Below, one piece after another: positions 25,771 through 39,079 of a DNA stretch of 64,000 nt (positions are counted from its first letter, which is position 1; each line of letters begins with the position of its first letter). The notes under the pieces are model-generated. The model was not told the origin of the DNA, made no database searches, and was given only the letters and a program-made list of their open reading frames with translations. Where the stretch lies: positions 30,194,001 through 30,258,000 of the forward strand of contig NC_043007.1 of NCBI RefSeq assembly GCF_006345805.1, written 5' to 3'. The position numbers and the translations under genes are program-made. Origin of the DNA: Octopus sinensis (taxonomy: Eukaryota).

Positions 25771-27640
25771 GTAACATGCTGGCACAGAAAGAATACAAGA
25801 AAAGGCATGGACAACCTGGGGAGAGTAATCCAATGGGTGTTATGTAGAAAGTTAGGATTTGACCATACTGATAAATGGTATGAACATGAACCTAGTAAAG
25901 TACTAGAAAGTAAGAAATACAAGATGTTGTGGGACTTTAACATTCAGAATAACAGAGTAATAGAAGCTAGAAGGTCTGATTTAGTAGTAGTAGATAAATA
26001 GAATAAATAAAGTAATAAATAAAGAGAATAGAAAGTCCCAAATGATGAAAAGATCAATATGAGAGGCATAGAAAAAATAGCTAAGTACCAAGACCAAAGT
26101 TTTGAATTACAGATACGAGGGGCGTTCAATAAGTAATGCCCCTGACCCACTTCCCATAGCAGTAGAGCAACGAAACTTGGCACAGTTATTAGTATTTTCT
26201 ACATAAGAACCACCCAGAGTTGCGCATTTCTCCCATCGTTTGATGCAGCTCTGGAGACCGTTTTTCTAGAAGACCCCAGCTTGGTCCTCCAACCACGACG
26301 TGACTTTAGAAATCAAGGCTGCATCATCTGTGAAATGCTTTCCTTTCAAAAAAAACTTCATGGCTGGGAAGAGGTGAAAATCAGAGGGTGCAAGGTCAGG
26401 AGCGTAGGGGGATGGGGGAGGAGTTCATAGCAGCACGCCTGTGCTTCTGATCTGGCGACACGCGAGTTATGAACCGGAGCGTTGTCCTGCAGGAGGAGGA
26501 TGCCTTTGCTGATCTTGCCCCACCTCTTGATTTTGATAGCTTCTCATAATTTCCTCAAAAGTGAAGCATAATAGGCTCCTGTAATTGTGGTACCCTTTGC
26601 CAGGAAATCTGTCATCACTACTCCGTCCTGGTCCCAGAAGACTGTGAGCATGACCTTGCCAGCGGAGGGCTGCACCCTTGCCTTCTTTGGAGGAGGTGAG
26701 TCACGGTGCTTCCACTGCATTGACTGGGCTTTGGTCTCTGAATCATAGTGATGGACCCAGGTTTCATCCTGTGTAATCAGTCTTTTGAAAACTTTTGACT
26801 CATCTTCTTGGCACATCTCCAAATTCATCCTCGAGCACTCGACGCGTTCTTGCTTCTGGAAAGGTGTGAGCAACCTGGGAATCCATCTGGCAGACACCTT
26901 TTGCATATACAAATAGTCATGAATGATAGTTTCCACAGACCCGGTACTAATCTTGACCTCATGGGCTATTTGGCGAATAGTTATGCATCGATCTTCCAAA
27001 ATGGCAGCCTCAACTTGACGGACAGATGCCTCATCAATGGCAGAAGGGGGTGACCAGATCTGAGAGCTGTTTCCACAGAGTTCCGACCATGTTTGAATTC
27101 ACGATGCCAGCGTTTTACAAGGTCATATGATGGGGCATCATCACCTTAAGTTACTTTCATTTCATCAGAAGTCTCCCGTGGTGTGCGTCCTTTCAAATAC
27201 AAAAACTGGATCACTGCTCGACACTCAACAGGCTCCATTTCACACTTGACTCAGTTCAAACACCTGTAAATCAGAAACCACAATTAGCTCAGAGCTGTAA
27301 TTTGCCACTTACTCTATAGAGATATAAATAATTGCACATGCAAAATTTCAGCTAGATCAAACAACTGCAAGTGGGTCAGGGGCATTACTTATTGAACGTC
27401 CCTCGTACTAAAGAAAATGTGGGTAAATGTATCCCAGTAGTTTTATCGGTGCATCGGGAAGTATTCCCAAAGATCTGAACAGATGGAAAGAGTAAACAGG
27501 CATAAAACCTAGTTTAGTACAGCTCCAGAAAAGAGTGTTATTACGGACAGCTAGGATACTTAGGAGGATTCTTTGCATCAAAGGTTACTTGTTATAACCC
27601 GATGCTAGATTTTTTCTTTCCAACAGCCTAATCTGTTGAT
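25771..27640 (+). mobile_element. R4/Dong-clade LINE 3' fragment interrupted by a mariner
   Basis: Before the mariner: HRK...DNLGRVIQWVLCRK...KWYEHEP.KVLE...MLWDFNIQ...IEARRSDLVVVDK and EKIAKYQD. After 27407 it resumes with LKKMW...IPVV...GSIPK...LQKRVLLRTARILRRIL. It is flanked by (AAT)n on both sides. Confidence 0.85.
26116..27405 (-). mobile_element. Full-length mariner transposon (DD34D), pseudogenised
   Basis: 37-bp TIRs (cgaggggcgttcaataagtaatgcccctgacccactt, 1 mismatch) and TA on both sides. The transposase runs from about 27238 to 26189 with motifs WIPRLL, ITQDETWVHHY, QDNAPVH and YAPDLAPSDF. It has in-frame stops and frameshifts. Confidence 0.97.
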
Positions 27641-27720
27641 TGTATATGAGGATGATGATGATGATAATATAATAATAATAATAATAATAATATATTAATA
27701 ATAATAATAATGATTATAAA

Positions 27721-28277
27721 TGCCCTGATGCAGTATCAGGCAGTGGCTCTCATGGCTTCTTATTTCAACTGATTGGAAGTGTTATCATGTATACATTGTT
27801 TGTCTTGATATAAAAGATGGGCTACAGCAAATATTCTGCTCAATACCACAGATTTGTTTGTCAGTTGTTTGACCTTAATCAGTTGAGCATATCCCTGAGA
27901 GCCAGATGAAATGTGCATCTCTGATTGCGTTCAGAAGTAATGGGGTGCATCGTAGCTATGTATTCAGGTGAATTATTTGAGGTTTAGATAATTCACCTCT
28001 GGAAACGTGGGTGCTTCGTTCAACATCCTTAAACAACCCTTATTCAGTGACTTTTTGAATGGGATAGGCTTGTCGACCTGAAGAAAATTCTAACTGGGTC
28101 CCACCTGCAATGTCATGCGCTGTTTATCTTGGTATGGGATCACCATGTCGCGTATATACGGTTGTGATGCATGTACTTAGTGTTCCTTTATCAGATGGGC
28201 AGTCATGATGGGTATACTTGAGCTTCGTATATTTGTGCCCCAGTGTCACTTTGATGACATGCGCTGCTCTCACACTC
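27721..28277. mobile_element. Family E interspersed repeat, copy 2 (inverted relative to copy 1)
   Basis: Reverse complement of 11117-11656; bordered by (AAT)n and (AAC)n/(AAT)n tracts. Confidence 0.85.
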
Positions 28278-28944
28278 AACAACAACAACAATAATGATGA
28301 TGATGAAAGCAACAATAATAATAATAATCTCTAACAATAGTTGACATAACGGTTAATTGGCTTGTTTTCTCCCTTTATGATTTACATCGCATAGAAACGA
28401 GAGAGAGAGAGAGAGAGAGAGAGTAAAAGAAAAATGTAGGGAAAACGAACACAGGAGGCACAGAATGTGCGCACATACTGGACTAGGTGGCAGGCAATGA
28501 ATAAAAGAATGCTTCAGAAAGAGTGAAAGAGAAAGAAGCAAAGAGATGGAGGGGGAGAAGAAATGTGGTAAGACGAGAAAAGGCAGAGGAAGAAAAAGAG
28601 GCGGTAAACATGAAAGGGCAGTTGACTGTATGTGCAATAAGGTTGTGCAATAATTAATATTTTAATTACTATTTACCTTCGATACTTTTCACGTTAGTAG
28701 TTCGTTAGCAGCGCAAGGTTTTGCATTAATCACTCGGGTATTGGTTATCTTAAATAATTTACAATAAACAGTTCCAAATGAATATATTACTGCAGTTTCT
28801 GCAATGATATTAATACAATTTCACCTTGAGGGGAATATTGGGAAAGATGGCAGACGTGCAGTAATTATAATTTAGCATTTATCAAAATACTCAGGGAGGC
28901 CAAAATACACTTACAAAGTTACTCTGTATATCATAGATTACACC

Positions 28945-29200
28945 CTTCTTCTCTTTCTTCTTCTTTGTCTTCTTCTTGTTGTTCTTCTTCTTGTTTTTCT
29001 TCTTGTTCTTGCTGTTGGTCATCTTCTTCTTCTTCTTCTTCTTCTTCTTCTTCTCTTCTTCTTGTTTTTCTTCTTGTTCTTGCTGTTGGTCATCATCTTC
29101 TTCTTCTTCTTCTTCTCTTCTTCTTCTTCTTCTTCTTCTTCTCTTCTTCTTCTTCTCCTTCTTCTTCTTCTCCTTCTTCTTCTTCACCTTCTTCTTCTTC
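28945..29200. repeat. (CTT)n-based polypyrimidine tract with an internal ~60-bp duplication
   Basis: Directly visible; ttcttgttcttgctgttggtcatc occurs twice. Confidence 0.9.
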
Positions 29201-29214
29201 TCATAATAATAGTT

Positions 29215-29625
29215 ATAATCCTTTCTACTCTAGGCACACGGCCCGAAATTTTTGGGGCGGGGTCCAGTCGATTAGATCGACCCCAGTCCGCAGGTGGTAC
29301 TTAATTTATCGACCCAGAAACGTTGAAAGGCAAACACGACCTCGGCGGAATCTGAACTCAGAACGCAAAAACAGACAAAATACCTATTTCTTTACTATCC
29401 ACAAGGGGCTAAACATAGAGAGGACAAACAAGGATAGACAAACGGATTAAGTCGATTATATCGACCCCAGTGCGTAACTGGTACTTATTTAATCGAACCC
29501 GAAAGGATGAAAGGCAAAGTCGACCTCGGCGGAATTTGAACTCAGAACGTAGCGGCAGACGAAATATCGCTAAGCATTTCGCCCGGCGTGCTAACGATTC
29601 TGCCAGGTTGCCGGCCACAAAGGCA
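29215..29625 (-). mobile_element. SINE family A, dimeric form
   Basis: Full monomer (29625-29385) joined through gtagtaaagaaatagg to a 5'-truncated second monomer that ends in the gtgcctagagtagaaagg(att) tail. Confidence 0.9.
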
Positions 29626-29683
29626 GTAATTCTGGGGGATAGGATGAATCGATTACATGATAATAATAATAATAATTATAATA

Positions 29684-32517
29684 CCGTGAAACGGGGTTAC
29701 TTTGAACAGTTTTCGACTTCTTATTGCAATAATTTCATAATCTCTTTTTCAATCTTAACTAAATTTGACTTTGTTAGGAGGACTAAATAGGTTAACTGAT
29801 ATATGAAATAAGAATAAGTTGCAGTCAATTTTCTTTTATATAATTGTCGCTGTTCGAAGTAACCTCTGACCTGGGGTTACTTTGAACAGTTTTTTTTTTA
29901 CTTAGGTTCAAATTTTTTATTAACAAAAGAAAAGTCAATGACACAGCTTTAAGTGTTATAGCACGAAAAAAGATGTCACACAGTTATCAGGAAGTCATAT
30001 TTTATACACCCTATTCTTGTTCAAGGCTAGGGAATCGATAGAAACCCTTGCTGTTCAGTGGAATCTCTTTTGTTTTCATTTCTACCACATCTTCCCAGTC
30101 GTAGACGAGTTTATCCTCCTTCAGCGGCCGCCTCCACCCTATCTTTTTACTTTTGCAAACTATGACACAAGCGCTCCAATACTTCCAGTTGAGGTCACTT
30201 GACCGGGAAATGTTCGCCCTTCCTACCTCTCAATGACAAAGTTTCCAACAAAACTACTTTGTCTTTCTGTGTTTTCTGCTCTTGCCATGTCTGAAGTACT
30301 GGAGTACCTGTCACATTCATTCATAGGAACATCCCTATCCACAGAGTTTGGCTCTTCACCCTGCAAATTCTCTTGCTGCTCTCTTTCTCTACGCTTCTCT
30401 ATAACTATTGATGAACTGGTGGTCATCGTTTCACTACCAGAAGCTCTGATGTCCTCAGCACTTATACTTTCGCTAGGGATAACGGACAACTTCTTTTGTC
30501 TCTTCTTTGGTCTGCTCTCATCCACTCCTCTCATTGACTTTAGCGTTCCCAACACACCATCAGTAACTCTTACATTGATGATTTCATCGTCTTCTTTGCT
30601 CACTTCATGGTCTGGTAGCTGATCCAAAACCTTGTCTGGATGAAAAGCGTGAATTCCACATTTCATGAATCCATTTTCCAGATTCTTTCTGTGACACCGT
30701 CAGGAAAGAGAGCAGCTTGCAGCTGCGGGAGCAGAACAGGAAACGCATCTTTAGTTAAGGTCTTTGAGTTCTTCCTGCCATAAGCCTTCCAATCAGTTAA
30801 GACTTTTCTCCAACCTTTTTTTAAGAGGCCCATAGAATGCCACGTCAAATGGTTGAAGCATGTCTGTGGAATTGGTTGGTAGGAATATAAAAGCAATGCT
30901 CTTTTCTTTGGCAAGCTTCATCACGTTTCTGTAAAATGGCTGCCTAAGTTATCACCAATAACAACTTTTCTTCCAGGAATTTCTTTGGCTTGTGGAACAA
31001 ACACTGATTCGAACCAGTCAGTGAAGCAACATGCGTTTAACTATCCATTACTCCTTCGGTTAAACAGGATCCCTTTTGGTGCTCCCTCAGTCCACGTTGA
31101 CCATAAATTTTCCGCTTTGTATACAACATAGCAAGACATTAACTGGCCAGATGCAGAGTCGCAATGCATAATTAATATTGCTGCTTTGGAAGTGTTTCTT
31201 ATTCTTTCTGTTTAAATATTTCTTCACTCCCGGATCGTCTGACAAGCTCGTCTCATCGTAGTTGAATGTCATTTGGAGAGATATGTTTTCCATCAACTGT
31301 AAGAATCGCTTTTAAATGCTGGAAGTACGAGGATAATTCTGTAGCACTTAAACAGGCTCTGGCTCTTTTGATGTTTTGGCTCAGGCATGATACTAATTGG
31401 GAATTGTTTCGCTTTAAAAATGAATTCGCCCATTTAGCTGAAGGAAAATTCCTTTTAAATTGCGTTACTGTGTGACCTTGAGCTGTGATATAATTATGGG
31501 CAAGCACTCTCAAATTCATAGCAGCAAATGCCCCCCATTCTGCAACAGCTGTAACGTGAGCAACAAATGCTGCTTCTTCTTTTTCACTGAACCCTGAACG
31601 GCGATCAGGTTGCCTGATATGCTTATTTTTCAATCTATGGCTCAGACTTCCGACTGGAATTCTATAAACAACACCGGTTTTTTCGAAGGTTAATTTTCTT
31701 TGCTTTAATATCTCTTACTGCTTTATCCAGACTCTTTTGGCTTTAGGATTTATAGCTTCGTGAGCCAGATTTTCTATTATAAATTATTGACATAGCTATT
31801 TGGTTAATGCTAATCTCGATCCAAACTACAAGTTGCTCCTAAAAATAAAGAACAGAATATGGTTTAAAGAATTAGACTTTGCAACAGAAAGAAAAACTGA
31901 TTCTGGTTATCAAACCATAATTAAAAAGTGATAAATTTGGGGTTACACCTCATTAATTCCAAGGGTGAATTATTCTCCATAAATAGGAAAAACATTTTAA
32001 AATCTTAAATGCCTAACTTATATTGGACACTATTAGTTTGACCCGTAGTAGCAGCATACTTACTGCCGGAAGCAATGATCGGGGTTACTTCGAACAGCGT
32101 TCAAAGTAACCCCGCTGGATAATCAAAGGAGGGACATGTCATGTTATACAAGTTTTTACAAAGATACCAAAGTTAAAAAGAACACTTCAATAGAAAATTA
32201 TTAAATAGTTGTATCACATCATATTTTAACAAAAGCTTGTATCTTTTATGCGAGAAGTGTTTTAGCTACTGACAAAAGTATTCATATAATTACAAAAATG
32301 TTTGTTTTGCAGGAATTTGAAGTTGACAAATTCTTTCTTTGAGTGGATAATCAAAGTTATATTTACAAATTTTACTTTATGTATTGAAATTATATTATCA
32401 TGGAAATATATATATTCTAAAGTTTAACAACACATTTAAACAATTCTGTATATATTTTAGTAAAAAGCGATAAGAGGAAATAAAATATAGTTTGTTCAAA
32501 GTTACCCCATTTCACGA
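29684..32517 (-). mobile_element. Full-length pogo/Tigger-like DNA transposon (CENP-B HTH plus DDE_1; DD35D), pseudogenised
   Basis: 25-bp TIRs ccgtgaaacggggttactttgaaca / tgttcaaagttaccccatttcacga (3 mismatches), TA flanks. Motifs: W...F.KR (HTH), NYDET, GDNLGSH and LP.NST..LQPFD. There are 35 residues between D2 and D3 after repairing a 1-nt frameshift. Confidence 0.93.
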
Positions 32518-32548
32518 TAATAATAATAATAACAACAACAATAATAAT

Positions 32549-33960
32549 GGTAAAGATGAATCCCAAGTCAGTTCCCTCGTTGATACGGTATATACTTTCT
32601 GCGCTGATATCAGAATGGAGTTCGGACTGAAAAAAGTGTGGTGTGTTTGTCTCGAAGAGAAGCAAAATCAAATGTATGGATGGGCTAGCGATATCGTCGG
32701 GGTAGATTATGAAGCAGATGGAAGAGATGGGCTATAAGTACATGGGGGTATTAGAAATGGATAAATTGATGGAGAAAGAAATGACTGAAAAACTTAAGGT
32801 AGAGTACTTGCGCAGACTGAGGCTGGTCCTTAAGTCGAAATTAAACGGAAGGAATAAGATTGAAGCTACCAACACCCGGGTGATTCCACTCCTTAGATAT
32901 GGAGCAGGGGTAATCGCATGGACAGTAGACGAGCTAAACAGCTTAGAGAGAAAGACAAGGAAGTTGCTGACGAGATATGGGATACTCCATCCAAAAAGTG
33001 ACACAGATTGCATATACCAAGAAAAGGAAGGGGAGAAGAGGACTGATTGGATGAACTTCTATTATTGGACGTAAGAAGGTCAGGCTTGTGTAGGATGGAA
33101 GATTGCAAAGATAAAGCACTATACAAGCAATTGAAAACGAATGAAACTGAAAATAGGAGGATAAAGAAAAGAATGCACGGACATTTTCATTGGGATGTTG
33201 AAGACAGGCAGAGAAAAAAGATGGCTATGGATGACTAAAAGTGATTTAAAACCGGAAACGGAGGCTCTAGTCTGTGCTGCCCAAGAGCAAGCATTAAGAA
33301 CGAATTACATCAAATACAGAACAGACAACACATCAGAAAGTGATAAGTGCAGAATCTGTGGACAGAATGGTGAAACCGTATGGCATATTACCAGTCAATG
33401 TAGCCCAGAGAGATTATAAAAGACATCATGACAATATAGGAAGGATTGTCTATTGGACACTTTGCAATAAGTATGGACTTTACAGAGTAAAATAGTGGTA
33501 CGAACATAAACCCGAAGGCATCATCAAAATTGATAATGCAAAGATCCTACAGAATTTCAAGATTCAGAGCGACAATTAGATAGAGAATAGGAAGCCAGAC
33601 ATAGTCTTAATTGAGAAAGAAAGCAAACGATGCTGGATCATAGATATAGCATGCCCAGCTGACAACAAAATATGCGATAAGAAAGAAAAGTCGATAGATA
33701 TAACAGGTTAGCTTGGGATGTTAAGCAGTTGTGGTCATGAAAAAGGTGGTAGTAATACCATTAGTTGTCAGAGTAACAGTGAGTAAAAATCTTGAAGCTG
33801 CAATAAGGGTGGAGCACTTGTAGAAAACAGCACTGCTTGGAACCGCTCGAATACTCCGGATGGTACTGGAAAAATAAGAGATGTTACCTTAGTTCACTGG
33901 AAGTGAACAGCTGAAACTGTAGTACAACTCCAGCGTTAGAAGCTGTGCAAAGGCAATTAT
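32549..33960 (+). mobile_element. R4/Dong-clade LINE, 5'-truncated (RT C-terminus, CCHC, restriction-like endonuclease, 3' UTR)
   Basis: F..DI.MEFGLKK, YKYMGVLE, LKSKLNGRNKI.A.NT..IP.LRYGAG...W, AAQEQALRTN, CRICGQNGETVWHITSQC and RKPDIVLIEK...IIDIACP; (AAT)n tail. Confidence 0.9.
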
Positions 33961-34215
33961 AATAATAATGATAATAATAAAAAATAATAATAATCATTTT
34001 CCATTAATTACCACAATGGTGTCACAATAAAAACACTAGTAATTGCGTAACCTGATAATCGCTACCTCATATAAGTGACAATGAAAAACAAAATATTGTG
34101 AATAACGGTGGTAATGAAACTGAAGCCCTTGGTGGTGACAGTGTTGCCCCAGGGAGGCTCAGAGATTCTGGTCCGGCTCCAGCCTGTCGATATCCAGCAA
34201 TGGACCTGCATACAT

Positions 34216-34345
34216 GGCGTAATACTCCGGATGGTGCTCGAAAAATAAGGGTGTTACCTTAGTTCACTGGTAGTGAACAGCTGACACTGTAGTATATCTC
34301 CAGCTGTGCAAAGTCAATAATAATAATAATATTAATAATAATAAT
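34216..34345 (+). mobile_element. Short 3' end of the same Dong-type family with (AAT)n tail
   Basis: aatactccggatggtgctcgaaaaataag...gctgtgcaaag matches 33848-33952. Confidence 0.8.
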
Positions 34346-34712
34346 AATGGTTTCAAATTTTGCCACAAGGGCAGCCATTTTGGGGGAGAGGATAAGTCGA
34401 TTGCATCGACCCCAGTGTTTCACTGGTACTTGATTTATCTATCCCGAAAGGATGAAGAGCAAAGACGACCTCGGCGGAATGTGAACTCAGAACGTAGTGA
34501 CAGTCGAAACACCTAGTTCTTTACTACCCACAAGGGGCTAAACACAGAGAGGACAAACAAGGACAGACAAACGGATTAAGTCGATTATATCGACCCCAGT
34601 GCGTAGCTGGTACTCATTTAATCGACCCCGAAAGGATGAAAGGCAAAGTCGACCTTGGCGGAATTTGAACTCAGAACGTAGCGACAGACGAAATACCGCC
34701 AAGCGTTTCGTA
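34345..34712 (-). mobile_element. SINE family A, dimeric form with an alternative 3' tail
   Basis: Same internal junction as 29215-29625. The tail is ctcccccaaaatggctgcccttgtggcaaaatttgaaacc(att). Confidence 0.88.
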
Positions 34713-35835
34713 CAGTGCATTAATGTAGCAGTAGTAGTGATAAATAATAAAAATTTCTTTTATCAGAAACAAGGAATCCTATTCATTCGGGACCATATAA
34801 GAGCGAGTCATTTGTTGAAATGGAAATATCTACAAGAATGAATTTTTACAAAATGGACGGCTGGAGCAATATTTCGTATTTCTGATTATTGAAATGTGTA
34901 AATTATGATGAGTGGTGAGTATTTATAGCTAATTAACGAAGGCATTATATTTAAAGAAATTATATCTAATTAAATAGAGGTGACATACAAGGCATGGTAG
35001 GAGGAGAATATCAACAATATCTTGTTTGGGAGAAAACTGAATTCAGCGATTTAAATATGTATCTTAATTATGGATTTATGAGGTTTTGCTTAATTGCTAT
35101 TGTTATTGCGTGGAATGTTAAGTTATCGAAGGTAAGTTTTGCAAATAATTAGGTTTTAAAACAAGATTTGAATTGCGACGCGAGAGAGAATACTGTAATA
35201 AAAGATAATATTTCGTGAAATATTTAATTGGATAACCTAAGAAAGAAAGAGAGAGGATATAAGAAAAATCTATATTAAAAGAAAACTAATTGGAAACAAT
35301 TAGCCAGTAGCATAATGAAGTATTAAAGGGATATATGAAGGTTTAGTACAGAATCCTACAAATTAATTAAAATTAAATTAGAATGATTTAACATACTGGT
35401 GATTGATAAATTAGTGTGATTTTTACTGCTTTTAAATGTTTTCTGTAAGATGAGATGATTAATATCTGGTTTGGTTGTGAGTTGTGTGAAAGCTAAAATT
35501 ATGTTCAAGTTGAAAAGGAATTGAGGAGAGGCTTGGAAGTTGGATTCAAGGTTATGACTTGAATGCTATTAAGATGGCGTTAATTAATCACTAAGAATGT
35601 ACAATGAGTTAACAAGCTGTCGGCAAATGTGTGTTTATATCTATCCGACTTAAACGAAACATACTACGTGATAAAAGATATGCTCAAACAAGTATAAAGG
35701 ATGTGCTTTTAAATTCGTTTGTCTAGCAAAACATGTTGAGATGCGATTTTCAACTGAGTATTAGATTTGGGGAATATAGCGGAAGTGAAATAGTCAGGAT
35801 TGAAAATGTTGCTGTGGGCATATATAATGTATAGT

Positions 35836-36066
35836 TGGCGGCGAGCTGTCAGAAACGTTAGAACGCCGGGCGAAATGCGTAGCCGTATTTCGTCTGTCGT
35901 TACGTTCCGAGTTCAAATTCCGCCGAAGTCGACTTTGCCTTTCATCCTTTCGGGGTCGATAAATTAAGTACCAGTTACGCACTGGGGTCGATGTAATCGA
36001 CTTAATCCGTTTGTCTGTCCTTGTTTTTCCCCTCTGTGTTTAGCCCCTTGTGGGTAGTAAAGAAAT
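35836..36066 (+). mobile_element. SINE family A monomer
   Basis: ggcggcgagctgtcagaaacgttag...gagttcaaattccgccg...gtgggtagtaaagaaata. Confidence 0.92.
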
Positions 36067-36779
36067 ATTTATGATGTAGAAATTATTTCGAGATGTGTTT
36101 GTTTACTCCTCTGAGAAATATGTATTTGCCATTAAGTCGCATCGACCAGCTCCCTCGCAGGCATAAAGAGTTTCTTCGTCCAATTCTGTTTCTTTGTGCA
36201 AGACTCAAAACAGAAAAAGAAATCTTGTTTCTAATATTTTCCTTCGGTGTCCATTTCCAATCACTCCAATCCAGACATGGCCTTCACCGGCCAACACAAT
36301 CCTACATCATTGTCTATCGGATCTTCGCTCTAGGATTTTACTCTTTCCAGTTTTAAGCTCTCATTCGCACTTCCCCCCCCCCCTCCACATTCTTCTATGC
36401 GAATGGTCACTCATGCAACGATGCACTTTGGCGTCAGCTCTTCTTAATTCCTACAGACACACGACCAACACCTGAAGACAAATTCTTGAGCCATTCTTCG
36501 TCAAAATCACGTTTATGAATTACACGCACGCATAAGCATCCGAAATGCTGCTCCCTTTGCCCACGTCTCCAACACCATCTTGCAAAACATCTACTTCACA
36601 TTTATTCCTCCACCCAGTCCATCCTCCACACCCACACGCTCTCATGCTTCATATACATGGTTATAGGCCCACCTAACACCATCCACACAAACCCACATAA
36701 CCTACACACTTGTTCTAAATAACGCCACGCAGTTTGTACGCCTACGCACATCCATACATCTCACTAAACACACACATAC

Positions 36780-37320
<541 letters not shown>

Positions 37321-39019
37321 TATTTAGAAATGACATAATCCGTCTGTTAAGGTAGAAAACGCGCGCGCGTGTGTGTAAAGGAAGAGAGAGTGATAAAGCA
37401 GAGGAGGAGGAGGAGGGAATGAGAGGGTGAAAGGCAGGATGGCAGAATGTATTTCTCCTCCGTTTAGTTGTCTCTTGAGTTTTTGAATATCGAATTTTCC
37501 AAACTAAAACGAAGAACAACCAACCAACGACAGGTGGTAGCCATGTCAGAATGTTCTGCAAACCTTACGTAGCGCGTTTCATTCCCTTCGGTGACAATAT
37601 TGCAGAAATGGATGATTCCGTCTTCAAAGACTATTCAAAGACCTTCAGATAAGCGAGTTTTACATTTTAGCTGGCATTTGCATCATAGATCGTTTGTGTT
37701 GTAGCTTTGTACCATAAAAATCTCTTTGTGACTCTTAATAGTGAAAGCCATATTTGCTAAGGAACCATAATTCTTCTTAGGCGCTGATATCATTTTATCA
37801 TCTTGCGAAATTTGTGGCCGTTGGTTTAATAATTTTAGATAAAGAAGCACGATGATGACGATGATGGTGATGAGGCGGATCATGATATGACTTATGACTT
37901 CACATTTATGTCATCTTTGTCAAGATTATCTTTTTCCTTCTTATATTAGGTAATAATGGTCAGTATATATTTGCATATTTCATTTTCTCCTTTCCGACAG
38001 TTATTCACTGAATGATTGTAGTGTTGTCTTGTTCTATTAAACGTGTCCCTTATCTGAACATAGAATACTTGTCCACTGACTGATTCCTCTGAGCTCTGTG
38101 ACGACACACGCAAATAAAGTTTGCTGGTTGAATTTATGAAACACTCCACCTCCTGTTTACTTCTATATCTTTTATTCTCGAGTGAATCTGGGCGTGGTGC
38201 TGAGGAAATCGACCGCCCTCTCGTTCGAGCGAGTAACAGATCCTCTGGGCTGTCGTTCGATCTACTCGTAACAACAATCAATTCTCACTCAAATTACACG
38301 CTACTATCTCAAAAAGAATGATTAAATCAAAGGAATGATGTATCAGATAAGGTCATTCAAGAAGCCATATACAAGCAAAAAGTAAATGGATGGTCACAGC
38401 TGGAACGCCTTTGATCAAGATGCTGAACTAAGATTAAACAACATTTTAATGATTACGTACATTGAAACGTAATCATTAAATCTGCTGCTACTGCTATTTC
38501 TAGCAGACCGAACGACCAACATGGCGGTCCTAGAGATGCGGTTTATAAAGGATTTTCAAGATCAGTTGTATGCTGCTATTTTTGTAATTGTTTTTGTTGT
38601 TGTTTAACCCTTTTATACTTAGAAACACACACACAAACACACACACAATTATATATTAGATAGTAAATCGTATAGTCTATGTCTGGTAGCTTAGCGGTAA
38701 AATACGTTCACTTTCACAGTGTTCGTTGTGTATTTGGTTAGTGAGAGATACAGTTGTTTCGACCCATCTAGCATCGATCAGCTCACGAGTTTAATTATCA
38801 CCCGAAGAGACACATCTACACAGATAGATGGTCCTAAACCAGTTAAGTATCCTAGTCGTGAGAGGAATCGATGCCAGATGGGTAAAAACAAGTGTAGTGA
38901 TTAAAAATATTCTCGTGTCTTCCATCTTCCGTCTCTCTCATTAACCATGTATCTATCTATCTATCTATCTATATTTATATATACACACACACATACATGC
39001 ATACATATATGTATATGTT

Positions 39020-39079
<60 letters not shown>

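Noticed and set aside
28891-29450. Poly-K/E/R and poly-S/F/L ORFs
   Set aside because: Translations of a (CTT)n tract running into a SINE.
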